DNA of 63,399 nt, filler included, from Perkinsus chesapeaki ATCC PRA-425 (Eukaryota; Protista; Perkinsozoa): the NCBI GenBank assembly GCA_013115145.1. It is 12 parts of 12 records of this genome, joined end to end, with 100 filler letters (N's around TTAATTAATTAA, not from the genome) between each part and the next. Parts side by side here need not be neighbours in the genome. Positions count along the whole stretch, not along the records: positions 1 to 20,560 come from JAAPAO010000617.1; 11 more parts are not named here. One strand, written 5' to 3'. The notes under the pieces are model-generated. The model ran no database searches. It saw only the letters and a list, made by a program, of their open reading frames with translations, and was not told the origin of the DNA. The position numbers and the translations under genes were made by a program. Of this stretch, positions 1 through 13,166 are shown piece by piece. The stretch's first letter is position 1. Every line of letters begins with the position of its first letter.

Positions 1-1110
1 ATTGAGTTATTATAGTACTTGGTCCGGCACAGGGAGCTCGCGCATAAACTAAACCTTAGCGTCAAGCAACAATTTCCTTCGATATTGTAGAAGCAGTAGC
101 AGGCTGGATGCAAGGAGACCAGCCAGAACATCGCTTGGCCGTCGTAATTGAAGTCCGCCCTGATGGGGACCCCGTATGGGACCTCTCCAACAACATCGTA
201 GCGGTGTTCGATATTACCAATGGCTTGAACGAGCAGAAGATAGAACAACTTCAACATTTAGTAAACGTTCAACTCACTGAATTACAATCAAAACCAAGCG
301 TTATTGTTGTCGGACTGACAATGTGAGTGATAGCCCGTCTGCTTTCAAGGTCCCGCCGAACGCAACTGCCTGCAGCGCCTTGTGGCTCTAAAGCGAATGT
401 TTATAAGGTTTGCATCTTGAACACTTAGTACTTGAGCTGTGAAACGTTGTGCAGAATTCTACCAAATGTCATCGTACCGCCCAAGCTAAGCGATACACTG
501 TACAATGATGGCGTGTGGCGCCATCATTCACAAAATCACATTCATCAAATCACTTGTGAACTCCCCTCGAGCGAGCGAATACAAACAATTAGGAAGTCTT
601 CGATGTCCCCCAAATAATGTGAATCTACTCAAGCAACTCTAATTAGGCTTGCGATCTCGAGATACCCAACAAACAGAAGTGGAGCAGTTAGACAGCAGGC
701 GCAGGACTTCACACTGACGCAGTACTGTAATAATGAGCGGCGCATAGATACCACGAGGCCCGCGCCAGCTACTGCTCCCGATACTACAGGTCCTGGACGA
801 CGCTCGGTAAGAAAGGAACACAATCTATGTTTGCAATTTCTGCAAACTTCAACGCTTCTTCTGAATACGGCAATCCGTCTTGGCCTGGGGGCTCTTGGAA
901 TGTAGCGACGTACAACTGATGCCACCTGGGTAGGTAGCCTAACAGTGATAGAGTATCATTGATAGACGATCAAAGCCCAGTTACGACGGCTTTGTGGTTG
1001 TTCAAAGCTGTCGTTCTGAACGTGAAGTTCAATGGAAATCTTTGTAAGACGCACTATAAAGCTCCCGCCCGCTTGAGGGACCCAAACTTATCATGGCGAT
1101 TATAGAACAG

Positions 1111-2285
1111 GTGACTGTGGCTCTTGCTATGCTATAGTTACATTAGGTATGTTGGGGCTTAACTGATGAATGATAAGCGAATCGGACGGGCAGCCTATTA
1201 GTGGTGACACAGCTGGAGCGGCACATAATACAGCTGCTCTGTTGGAGTGGTGCAGTAGTGTGGCTGCCACGCTGTGGCGAACCAGCTCCGCCAAACTACT
1301 GATCTGCTCGAGCTAAGATTACGTTTTACCGTCAGGTGTCTTAGAAGCAGCATTTTGGAACGCAACGGGCTCATTGGCCAGGTTTTCGATACAGCAGATA
1401 ATTGATTGCTCGGAAATGGAGGGAAACGAGTAGGAAGCTGTGTGGCTAACGTAAAATGACTGATCCAGAGGATGCTTGCATGGCTACAGAGGCGACACAT
1501 TGCAGTATATTGTCGATTACGGTATAGTATCCGATGGCGACTATCCTTACCGCCAAATGGAAAGCGATTGCAACGCTGTTGTCGACGACAAATCGAAGCA
1601 GTGTTTGCAGGTACGTCCACTGGACGTCTTCCAGTAACCTGTGACTATCTTGTAGAGTGAAGGTGAACGCCTTCAGCGATCTCATCAGGCCCACGACTTG
1701 GACGAGGATGATTTGACTGTTATACAAGAGAACAAGCTTAGCCAGTTGTTCCAGGCTCTTCAGGAAGGCCCTCTTGCTGTTCAGGTTGAGTCAACCTGTC
1801 GTCACCTGTGACGTCAGACGTCGCACCAAAACAATGGAAATCGTACAAAGGAGGAATCCTCGAATGTGAGCGACCATTGGTTTCACTGCTACCGATACTA
1901 GCCTAGAACAAAGCTCTTGTACTTAGCTTTCAAGTGCGATGGAGAAGCTGACCACGGTGTCCTACTCGTTGGATATGGAATCGAAAATGGGAAAGGTACT
2001 GTAGAGCTGTTGCACGTTCGATTCGTACTATTGTCCACCTTCGATTAGTTACTGGATCATCAGGAATAGCTGGGGAACTGGTTGGGGAGAAGGCGGATAT
2101 GCCAGGCTTCACAGAGATCCGACTGCTGAAGAAGGACCAGGTAGGGCTACATTGTAAATGAGAGCGATTCACAATTTTGATCGGTCGCTCTTCATTTCTC
2201 AGGTTTCTGCAATATCATGCAGCATAATGCGATAGGCGTATCGTTCAAAAGGCCGCTGAATTCAAACGCTTGTCGTGGGCGCTAA
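1111..2285 (+). CDS. Papain-family (C1A, cathepsin L-like) cysteine protease, multi-exon mature domain; 5' exons not resolved
   Basis: Manual splicing of GT-AG introns (e.g. 1147-1335) gives [99 protein letters not shown], then a stop at 2283-2285. Catalytic Cys, His and Asn motifs are in the correct order. Confidence 0.88.
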
Positions 2286-2529
2286 CGACGTCATCCGAGG
2301 CTTGGTGGAGGATGATCCATTACAGCAAATCTATCTCGCTATTTTGTGGCCGGTGGCCAGTTTTAAGTGGATAATCCACTGTGGATTGAACGTGTATAAG
2401 AGATCATGTCTTTTTGTGACGTATGGCTTCTTCTCTAGTTTCATGCGGCTCTTTTCACGTAGAGTCTTCACAAGTCGTAGTCAGAACAACATTAATCGGC
2501 ATGATAAGTCCGAGTTGAGTATTTCATCT

Positions 2530-2990
2530 TAGTCCGACCTTAACAGTATCAGGCTGAAGCTTCCAGCACCGACACATGATTGAGCTCTCAAGCTAATTTT
2601 CTGGCAAGCGAAATTCATGCACCGCATCAATCACGGTGGTGATTGTCGTGCATAAGCTGACCAGAAAGCCACACGGCATAGTTTAATTAAAGTTGACGGG
2701 CTACTGCAGACTGTAACTCACAGACTGTGAGGATTTCTGGAGGAGTACTGCAGGCTGTAGTCTAAGGCACGTTCATCCATTACTGCAAGGCTTACATGAT
2801 GTAAGTTACATCCCCTCCATGGTTGACCCGCGAATGCTTGATAACAGATCTCTTCGTTGCCACTCCAGGAGAGGCAACTATGCGCAATTAATTGATATTA
2901 TGGCTCAGCAATGCCGAGCATGACTCAGTCATCTTCGTTACTTCCTCTGCTAGTTCTAGCTTCTGAAAAACGACTGCCGGACGCATTTTG
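2530..2990 (-). pseudogene. Possible protein-kinase C-lobe fragments
   Basis: Short peptides only (FAGQPWRG, IMCRCWKLQPD, MRPAVVFQKLE) resembling kinase subdomains IX-XI; no HRD or DFG motif found. Confidence 0.2.
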
Positions 2991-5900
2991 AATTGTTCCC
3001 AGTTGATTCGTTACTCATACCGGTAGCAAACCGCTAGTTGAAGAAGAACTCAGTATAACTGTAGCCTGGCACTTGATGTGAACGGACATTGTCTGTGTTA
3101 TTCGTTGTCTACAGTATTGTGCATTATAAGTTGTAGCGTCCAGCTTTATATGTTCGCAGATGTACAACGTAAAAAGTATTTTTTAATCCTACTATGACCA
3201 GTAGCCAGTCGAATTCAAAGTGCGATCCATCAGGAACCACTTCAACTCTTCAACGCAAAAGCTATGCATTGTCATACCTCTCAGAGCCCACGAGTAAATA
3301 GAAGTCGGATTCGATGTGTGGAGAAAAAGTTGGTATGCAAGCTTTGTATTGGCGCTTTTCGCATAGACTATGTATGCGTATCACCTATATCGCAAGTTGC
3401 GATTCGCAACGGTAATAAATTTACTCAACCATACAGTAGCTAATAAGAGGAAACGTGAAGTCAGAAACGGCATGCAGTCAACCAGCGGTTGCCCTGTGGG
3501 TTGCGTCGACGAGCTCGGAGAGGCGCAAGTGCTGAGGAAGGTGCCGAACAAGCCACGAAAGTCTGTCCTCGTCCGAAGAGAGACTATCCCAAGTTTGAAA
3601 GGGAACCTGAGGAAGTGCTGCACTCTACAGACCCTTCAAAACATCACGAGCTGATCAGGTCACAGGGGAGCAAGGCTGCTCCAAACGGGGAGTCATTCAG
3701 CCTCAGAAAAATGCGCCACTTGGAGATTATGAGGTACTCGAATCGCCCAGGTACAAAAAGTAGATTCCCAGAGCACAAGGGAGCATCTCATCTGGGCCAA
3801 TATCTGATTCCTCTATGGCCCCCTGCCTTCACGCTCTACCAACATATGCTAGCCTGTGCGCTTAGTTGGCTCACCAAGGCTAAGTTGAATCCCATTTTCC
3901 GTATCAACATGTGGCGGATTCGGCTGCGAGATGTCAAATGAGTTGTCTTTGCCTGAATAAAGATAATAGAGAAATAGAACTAGCGAGATATCCGATCACA
4001 GAGACGGTAAAACGGCTGATCGATAGCTAAAACACGTGCTGATCCGCGGTTCAACCGCAGATGCCATCGAAGACACTCTCTTGCCGCCTCATCCGGAACA
4101 TCAGACGTATAACACAACTACCGAGTGGCCTCGTAAATAATGTTCGAGAACGCCTCCATTGTGCTGCTGCTTACATAGAACTGCCACTCCGGACAGACCT
4201 CAATAACGGTATTAGTTGGCGCATGGAACATATCCAAATTGAAGGGTCCAGCCTTTAACCCATTCATAAGCTTCAATCCAGCAGCAGCCAACAGATTTGA
4301 CACTTCTCCTAATCATAGAGATCGATGCCCACCACGGCCCCGTGTGTTACGATGAAACGGGCAACTTATAGGTTGCCGAGCCGTCTTGCTCTTTTTCTCT
4401 TGCAAAGGCCTCGCCTCCTCCCCATATTTCTTCACCCTTCTCCTGTATTTATTTATCTCCCTTTGCCGCTTTTTACGCATCAATAATCGTTCCTCCCTCA
4501 AACGCTCCCGTTCTTCCTCCGGGCTCTCGTCATCCGCTCGCAACTGACCAACGAACTTCCTTCCAAACATGCGAGGAACAGGATCCCATCTTCCACTGCG
4601 CAAACTCACATCAGCCAAGAACTCTTTAACGTTGTCGCTTAGCTGCTCCCAAATAGTCTCCTCCTTGCACAGCCTGACGTACAGCTCCACTATTTGTAAA
4701 TGTCGGTTGTACCTGTTGATCATTCCATCATAACATTTGCAGTAGAAAGTAATAATAATCATCCTTACTTCAAATCATCAAGTTGCTCCCTTTTGACTGC
4801 TTCAGCTCGATACAGATAGTTGACCATCGTAGAGTCATCGAACATCTCTACAGCCTGGCATAGCCTTCTCATCGACTTCTATTCTGCCAGACTACCGTTA
4901 TCCACTTAATGTTCAGGAACTCCTTCACAATAAGGGTGTTCTCACAAACTGCCTGACACAGAGCGATAGCCAAAGGCTTGCACCTGACAACTCTTATAAC
5001 GGGAGTTTAAATCACTCGTCAATCGTTTTGTCAATTCTAATCGAATTCTCAGTAGCCCTTTTTAACATCCGAAGCTCTACTAGGATTGCCTCTCACATGA
5101 GAGGGTCAGGTCGTCAGATAATTAGCAATATCAATACGAGATATCTTGAATTACTCCCCCGAGCCATCCCCGGATACCAGCTCAACCTCCCTATTTTATC
5201 CAGGAGCTAGTTGGGACGAACAGTGAGGAGCACACGAGTGAGGATTGAACATATTGAACATTCAATGTTCTACCAGCCTCACTGAATGTGTCGGATGATT
5301 GTTAGATGAAGCTAAAATAGCTACACAAACTCGAGAGCGAGAAGTGAAGAGTATATGTGGATTCTAAAGTGCTGTACTGGCCGAGATACTACCGGTAAGT
5401 CCGTCACCGATTCAGCGACCCCAACTCGAGCCCCAATATCCCTTACTACCAGAGCTGTGACGCCAGATCGAGCTTCGCCGCTGCATTCGCGGCTTTCACT
5501 AGTATTTTATGCGGGACCGTCGGCCAAGTTAAAGCAGTCTTCTGTAGCATTACAACCAATCGTTCATCTCTGTACCGTAACCGTGATAATGCCTGCAGAT
5601 ATCTACTGCGTGTCTACAACTCTAGCGCTTACCTGCATCAAATGACAGAAGTTCTCTGGCTTCATTTCAGGGAACTTCACCGCACATGCAGCCAGTATAG
5701 TTCGATAATACGGTATAACTCGTGGACTGTATATCTGTACCGACGCTGCAGCTTGGAAGACCCGGAGCAGTGACCGAAAGTGGCACTAAAGGAGAATGCA
5801 ACATTTCACATGAAGGAGCTTCGAGTCCTCATTACCTTATCAGAGAGCTGCGCTGCCCTTCGAAGATAGGCCTCCCATAAAGCTTCATTAGGCGCCAGAT

Positions 5901-6229
5901 GCGGATTCTGGTTCATCTTGTGAGCCTGAGGGTTCCAGCAGCACCTCTGCGAGAATACATGCTATTCTATCACCGACTTCATTGAGCATGTTGCGTTTGA
6001 GCTCCTTAGTGCACATGAACGGCACTGCTAACGGGTCAGATGATTGATAGTTCTTTTCGTACCTTCCAGTGAGGTTAAGGAAATAGCGCTGGTAGAACAT
6101 ACTGTATTAGTAAAATAGAGACACGTAAGATCAAGAATAGCTCAACATTACAAAGCAAATACAACGCTCTAAGCAAAGGCGATTCGACGGCACTTGAAAC
6201 GATGGTGGCCAACCACAGTAACTGGGACT

Positions 6230-9200
6230 AGCATTCCTCAGCTGGAGTCCTACCAGTAATCCCGAGCTCTAACAGTCTTCTTCTTCGCCTTTTTACCAAC
6301 CTCATTAGTATCTTGGCCATCTTCAGGCGCCAGGCCCAACTTGTCCGCATGCTGAACCAAGCATCCATTAATGAGCGCAATCCAGCAAACACAAAATTAT
6401 ATCGACATGGGTGCACTAAACGTTCACAGCAAGAATTCCTTCTGGGAACATATTTCTATTATCCATTCTAGACCCTCAAGTAGCATATTTCAACAAGCCC
6501 TTTGTCGTCAACTACCTCTGATATTATCTTATTAACCAGCTCCTTATTACCGTCCAACCCTCGTTCTCGGTCCTTAAAATACCTACAACACGATCCTCCT
6601 TACACAGTTCACTATCTATCTCCATACTTAGCGTAATAATCCGGCCCCCAGCCTTTAGGGTTCTTATGAAGTGGCTCGAAAGGATTTGGTAGCTTCCGCA
6701 ACTGAGGTATTCGAGGCGCCAGTGTCCCTGGAGAGATATTTTATACTATAACTCAGCTACCCCACTACCTTTCGCCTCCTTAGCATGCACTAATGGACTC
6801 TTTTTGCTGCTAACAGTTGAATGCGGTCGATAGTAGTGCGGCTTCAAAGTCCTATCTTGGAGTTCCGGCACCGTATCTGACACCTCTAGCTACTCACAGG
6901 GATTATGAGTACAGCTACTGACCCTCGCCATTATAGCCTTCTTCTCTCGCTGCTTCGTCTAAATCTCGTATGGTCGAGCCCAAAGCCAGGCCTTTGGTAG
7001 GCATGACCTGACGTGTGTTTCCGAGAAATTATCGACGAATCTTCGACCCTCTCAAGATATCTTTAGTAGTAACGCAATCATCGTCCGATTTCGAAGCCCT
7101 AGAGCGTTGTTCGTAAAATTATATGAACTGTTTTGAAGCATTGACTTGTTGACGATGAAACCTTGCAAGGGCCAACCATGACTCTGTACGCCATCGCTCA
7201 TAAACAAGACGTGAGACGTGATGGTTAGTGTTAAAGAACAGGGAGGAATGCCGTAATATTGCTAAGCATTTAAGCCGCTATAGAGTAATATACTCACCGG
7301 GAAGTCACCATCTTGACGGCAGACCTCGGGCTTGATATACCGAGGCGCTAGTTTTCTAACCTTCTGATATTTCTTGTTTAATCTGCCGGAGAAGTGTCGG
7401 ACAAGTAACTGCCCCCGCCGAGTCGGGGGAGAAGGCCCTCGCAAGATGAGGAGGCTCATTAGTAATGATGTGCCCAACAACAAAATGAGCCGAAGGTGAG
7501 CGATGTAACTCGTGCTAAAACGTAGTGGTGTGGAATAATTCACTCAAGTTTAACCAGCGCACTGTGCACAACACTCGAAGTTCAAGTTTGTCAACTATGG
7601 GGTCATGAGAAGATGTTCTAGTCAGCCCTCTGCACGCAGTAAGCCAACGATAGGATATCCATCTCCTTTCGTATGATGGGGAGCTTTCAGATCTCTGCCG
7701 AGAAGTGACCGTAAAGGCTATATCTCCGAGAGAAAGAATCGCCAAGGAGGTGAGCTAATTCTTAGAGGCCCTCTGATTGCCATTACAATAGTGGACGCGG
7801 CAAGCCCACTGCTCAGGCGCTATTCAGTCTCGATAATCGAGCTGATTCATTCACTATTTCCAAACTTCGGGAAGGCAGCCGAAACCTGAGGTAAAGTCGC
7901 TTTCGTAGACAAGCTACTCCGCTACCACAGACGCGACATTCGACAGCTTGTGGTGAGGACTCAGGAGGGCGACAGTCGAGCCATTTCACAGATTCCACAG
8001 GACCTAGCTCCCACAGAAAACGAGGATAACTTACTGGTCGACTTGAGGTGCGCAGTTAGCTACCCTAACATTGCACGTGATTTGATAGGATGTTCCACGA
8101 CAAGAAAGCTAGAATGGCGTCACACTTTGACGATAATCCCGTCATTCAAGACATGCTCGCTCTGGCCCAAAGGTGGCACCGCTCACTCGGCGCGACTGTA
8201 TTGCTTTTCTCAGGAATCGAAGCTCGATGATGGACGTTCATCAGCATGGTAAGCCGAGCCATATGTATCCAATCCAGCCTCGGCTTGCAGGAATCTCTAC
8301 CAACGAAGCCCGGACGAAGCTTCTCAGTCCACCTGCTAAGGAGCTACGGAAAATGCAGTAGGATGTGCTATCTGTGTTAACCGAGTTGTGGTTCGAGGTA
8401 CATGCTACTGAACCCTCCGAGGCGGCGAGGTCCTCCTCCTCCCGAACACAGAAGGACTAGTGCGAATCAAGACCCGTAGGGCCGACACTGCTGCCCAGAC
8501 TACTGTCAGGCCATCAGACGCTTTAGCAGGTTCCGATCGAACCGCAGTAGCGTAGTCAGTAGGAGGGCGTCGAACAGAGAACTGCAGATCCCTCGTCTGC
8601 CTCTGCACCAAATTGGCAGCAATGAGCCATGCGGTTCCCCAGTCATCACGTTAGTTATCGGAGGCCGAAATCCAGTAAGAGAACCCGCTCATTCTGTTAA
8701 CGTACCGTTTCTCAGGACCCTCGCTCGACGAGGGCGTCTCGGCTTCGGGCACAGTCTGTCGAGAGAGCATTAAAACGCTATAAGGAGGATGATGAGGCAG
8801 ATAGACTGCTGACCAAACGTAGGACTGGGACCTCTATTGTGCCTACTAATGTAGCAGATCTCTCTCCGCCACACAGCCCTGCGACGGCATCAACGCGTCC
8901 GAGCACTATTGGTCGGTGCTCCTCAGTTGCTTCTTCCTGTGGTAGTAGAACGGACTGGATAAGCCTCAACAAGAAGTTTTCGGTAAGCACATTTGCCCTT
9001 GGAAACTGCCAGCCACTTTGTGCTTAGGTGGACTCTTTGTTGTTTAAGAATTACGATCATTTGAAGAGGCTTGCGTATCTGTCATCGCACAGGTTGAGGT
9101 CGCCGCAAGTAAGGATGAATCTGCTTGGTTTACCCGATCATCCTCTCCAGGTATGCGTTTCCACACAGGTGACTTCGACGGAGAAAGCAGGTAAGAAGCA
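6230..9200 (-). mobile_element. Heavily decayed non-LTR (LINE-like, APE+RT) retrotransposon
   Basis: Degenerate motifs in the expected order on the minus strand: FILTCGDLN (APE, ~9100), KASDGLT (~8520), RASIPEKS (QxGFRxxKS-like, ~8220), LVYESDFT (YADD-like, ~7900), NLNF (~7580). Many stops and frameshifts; boundaries approximate. Confidence 0.35.
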
Positions 9201-10227
9201 ACTCTGACAACGAACAAAATTTGCCCGTAGAAGTCGAAGCCGCAATTTCAGCATGGCATACTTCGACCAAGATGATGATAGGATGATAACCTTGTTGTCG
9301 TGTTCTCGTTCAACCCTTTAGGTGTCCTTTCATAATTCTGTTGCGTATATAATATAATAAATATAAATTCTAATACGTATAACAAATGATAAGGCGTCAG
9401 GTCTTTATTCAGAGCTCTCCTGGGTTTGAACGAGATCATCGACTGCGATCTCGTGGGAGCTTTCGGTTGCATGAGCTGACCTGAAGCTCCCGGCCAAGCA
9501 ATCGAAAAAAGTTGACCGCACCTAGGCCTTAGATTGTAACACCACAACTCCGACTTCAACGCACGGCTGGCCGATCCATTAACTCTTGTCGTGGTCTGAC
9601 GAACATTTTCCGAGATCACGAGCCTTACGTGAATCTCGCAGCATAAATCATTCTAATGGCTGCCCATTTCATACGAAAGTCTTCCTTGTCCAGCACGTGA
9701 CCATTTCAAACTTAAGAACCATTTTTATTTTTGAGAACGCTATGAGCATACTAGAACTGACAAAAATCGTTCTTTGAAAGTTGTGGAACTTGTAACTTGG
9801 AGGCAATGCATATTGGCTGTACCCAGCCCATTTAGATAACCCAAAACACCTGTGAGACTCTTGAAATACCTTGAAATCGATGATAACAATGAAAAGATAA
9901 GTGTGGCCGAATATAACCGTAGGTTCGACCTTATGAGAAGTGTAGCATGGAAAGCACATCATAGTGAAAAGGATGCATCTCCGAAACAACACGGAATAAA
10001 GGATAGCTACTGATTTATACTGCTGAATTCATCACCCTGAAGGCATGAGTAGAGGTTCGCCCGATATTCACTCTCAAGCCCTCGTCGACAGTGACGTTAC
10101 ACTTTATTCAATCGAGCAACAGCTTTGTCAGCATCAACACGACCGAAGGGAAGTGTTACCTTTTCAGTTGGATCCTTAACACCTTTCGTGGCTGTGTCTT
10201 GGAGTATCTTCTTAACTTATTTAGCAG

Positions 10228-11082
10228 CTAAAGTTTAGCTGGAAGGTCAGGAGAAATACTGGAGAGCATCGCAGCGACACCAGCAACAAGCGCCGCTGCG
10301 GGCGAAGTGCCTGCCATGATATCGACGCTGCTGTCCATGGTTGTCGTTATTATTTGATCACCGGGAGCAGCAATATCTAAATAATTGGCGAAGTTACTTG
10401 TTCCGCGGATCTGCATCTTTGATGGCCTTAACGCGCCGACACACAGCAGTCCTTGGAGCTCTTCGGTGAGCGCACAAGGATAGCGTTTGTTGACGGTTAT
10501 ATAAGCCTTCATTGCCAGCAGTAACAATCATAAGTAAGCCAGCAGCATCTGCTTCTCTAAATTTCCTGATATACTCTTCTGTTAGGACTCTACAGGAGTT
10601 AGCCATCACGACAATTTTAATATTCTTCGTCTTCTGATTCCTAATGGCGTAGTCGACAGCATCAATAACCTTTTTTTTGTGAACTTGCCCATTGCAATTG
10701 GCATGATGCTCACAAGATCTGCCACACCTGCTATAGCAAGTTTGTTGTTGATGGTAGCACCGACGACACCAGCCATTTTGGTGCCGTGCCCTAGTGTATC
10801 AGTGGTATTAGTATTATGATCAGCCACGTTATAGCCATCCACAAGGTTGTTGACCAAATCAGGATGGCGCGACACACCGGTATCACAAATAGCCACGGTA
10901 ACTTTCTCCCTGACCGTTTTACTTCTCCATAAGCGGCTCCAAGCAGCTGGGACATTGATAGCTTCTAGGTACCCCTTTTGGCGCCCGTAAAGAGGATCGT
11001 CCACAGGATAGTCATCCTCGATAACATGTAGGCTTGCCACTCTAACAAAAACAACCGCAAGCGCGAAGCGGGAATGTGACAT
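10228..11082 (-). pseudogene. Subtilisin-like (S8) serine protease with two frameshifts
   Basis: Signal-like N-terminus, ICDTG (Asp), GHGTKMAGVVGA (His), VTAGNEG (oxyanion Asn), YPCAL, and MAGTSPAAALVAG (Ser) are spread over three reading frames. The shifts lie at the A8 run (10671-10678) and near 10500. Confidence 0.88.
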
Positions 11083-12995
11083 GGTTGAATAACAATTGAA
11101 CCCTAAAGATCTAGAAACTGTTCTGGACTATAGCTGCTCCCACTGGAATAGATTTCAATAAATTTAATGCCCAAGTCAACCATTCCATTATAACTGATTT
11201 TTCAATCTTTGAATAAGCATTTATCGCCAATCCTATCGAATATCATTTTGAGTCGTATAATATGCGGAAAGCCGCCCTGAAGAGCTTCCGATCGCCGCAC
11301 GTGTCGCCAAAACATTCGACCTCCTGAAGAAGTAATTCTGAAAGAACATTTTTTCGGGACACCCTGTATAAACTGTTGGCTTGGGATCTACTGACTGCTA
11401 TTTTAGAGTTCCCGATAGACCAGGCTGCTATTAACAGCATATCTTACGATGGTTGCTCTTTATGAGACACTGCATAGAGGTCGTTAATCTTGATCTAGGC
11501 GCAATACTTTATCGTAGTGAAAAAAATTCAATCTGGTACCGTTGGTGGGACCCCAGTCCCCGCAGCAGTCATAGAGTATCACTTGTTAGGGCTCGAACAT
11601 CATGTTCGATGATGCAGATGCCCTACTTATGGTAATCATACACGCAGTACCCAAGCTCGGGGCAGCATGCAGTGCGTGCATACCACTGAGATAGATAGTC
11701 TCTGTGAATATCCTGAAGAAATGTGCATACACCGCTAAACGGGCGAGGAGAAAACTGAACCTCATGAGGCATGGCAAAGGATTTGAGATTGCAATGACAT
11801 CCGATCAGATTTTATTCTGCATCCAGTTAGCACTCTCCAAGTATCTACCAACAACTGCCGACGAGAGAGGGGCTACGCTTTCTCACAATGCCTTACGTAG
11901 GACAGGTTTGGAGGTTGCCGTGCTTGCAGCAGCGATGAACACATTATGTACATCACAACCACCTGAACGTTACGCATACCACCCCCAGAAGTAGTAACGA
12001 CTTCTGTTGTACGAGAACGGGAGCTCGTTCCTCGTGAGGTAAGGTAGCTCCTCCGGGAAGCATACGTCACTGGTAATTGTACCAAGGAAATGCAACCAGA
12101 GAAAGTTAGAAAGTCTAGCAGTGATGACCGATGATGCCATGCCTGGGAATGCTTTGTTTCTTGAGGGTCGGTCTTCTACAGACTTTAGGCACATGTCTTA
12201 ATAAGCGATATCTGAATCGATACCCTGCTCCTTGATCCGCCAATAGTGAGCTCCTGGCTCCACCCCTCGAACATTCTTCCGGACTGATTGATTTCCTTGT
12301 CCCGCTGTAATTGTGGGCCTGGCTGGCTCCCGCTGTAGACTCCTGAGTCAAGCAAAGTCGCGAGAAAATTTCTGATGTCGCGAAATCCCTCAGCGAGTTA
12401 CTGACATACATATTCTATCACATGTATATACTCCTACACGGCGGCGGCGCGACGGCGCCAGTGGCGCAAATTATAAAAACTCACGAACTTATCAGCAGAA
12501 CTAATGCCATCTCATCTCGGGATACCCCAGTTGAGCCTTTCGACCCGAGAGTCTCTGGCGCAAGGGATTAGCCCGTTTCACAAGGAAGCATTTTCCTCAA
12601 CGCTATCATGGCATCATACGCAACATACGTACGTCTATAAGTAAGCCTACCGAGGTTCCTCAGGAACCGTCCCTGGGAAGATCAATCAAATGGAGTGGAT
12701 GTACAAGTATCGCATACTATGGATAACGGTCTCCGATATCACGTGACTAGGAAACATGGCAGTTCTGTGGCTTGCAGGCCACAACAGGTGTAAGCGCTTG
12801 AGATTTCCGTCATCTTCTCGGTAAAACTGATATCGATACTGATGAGTTCAAAATTATATACACCCGCATTGAAGCAAATGCGGATCACGGGGCCGTCGTT
12901 ACTAATGGTAACGTAGTATGAATGAGTGTTAATGATGTCTAGCATTCCCCGGAAAGATCCGACATCCTGGAATTTCGGGGACCGGCTCCTTCGAA

Positions 12996-13166
12996 GCATT
13001 GAAGCCCAGATCTCATGTCGGCTATCTGTTCTTTTCAAGAAGCGTCAAAGCTCAGATCTCATGTCGGGGATCTGTTCTTTCAAGAAGCATCAAAGCTCAG
13101 GTCTCATGTCGGGGATCTGTTCTTTCAAGAAGCATCAAAGCTCAGGTCTCATGTCGGGGATCTGAA
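12996..13166 (+). repeat. 45-bp tandem repeat, about 3.7 copies
   Basis: Unit aagctcag(a/g)tctcatgtcggggatctgttctttcaagaagcatca is repeated; the first copy is more diverged. Confidence 0.92.
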
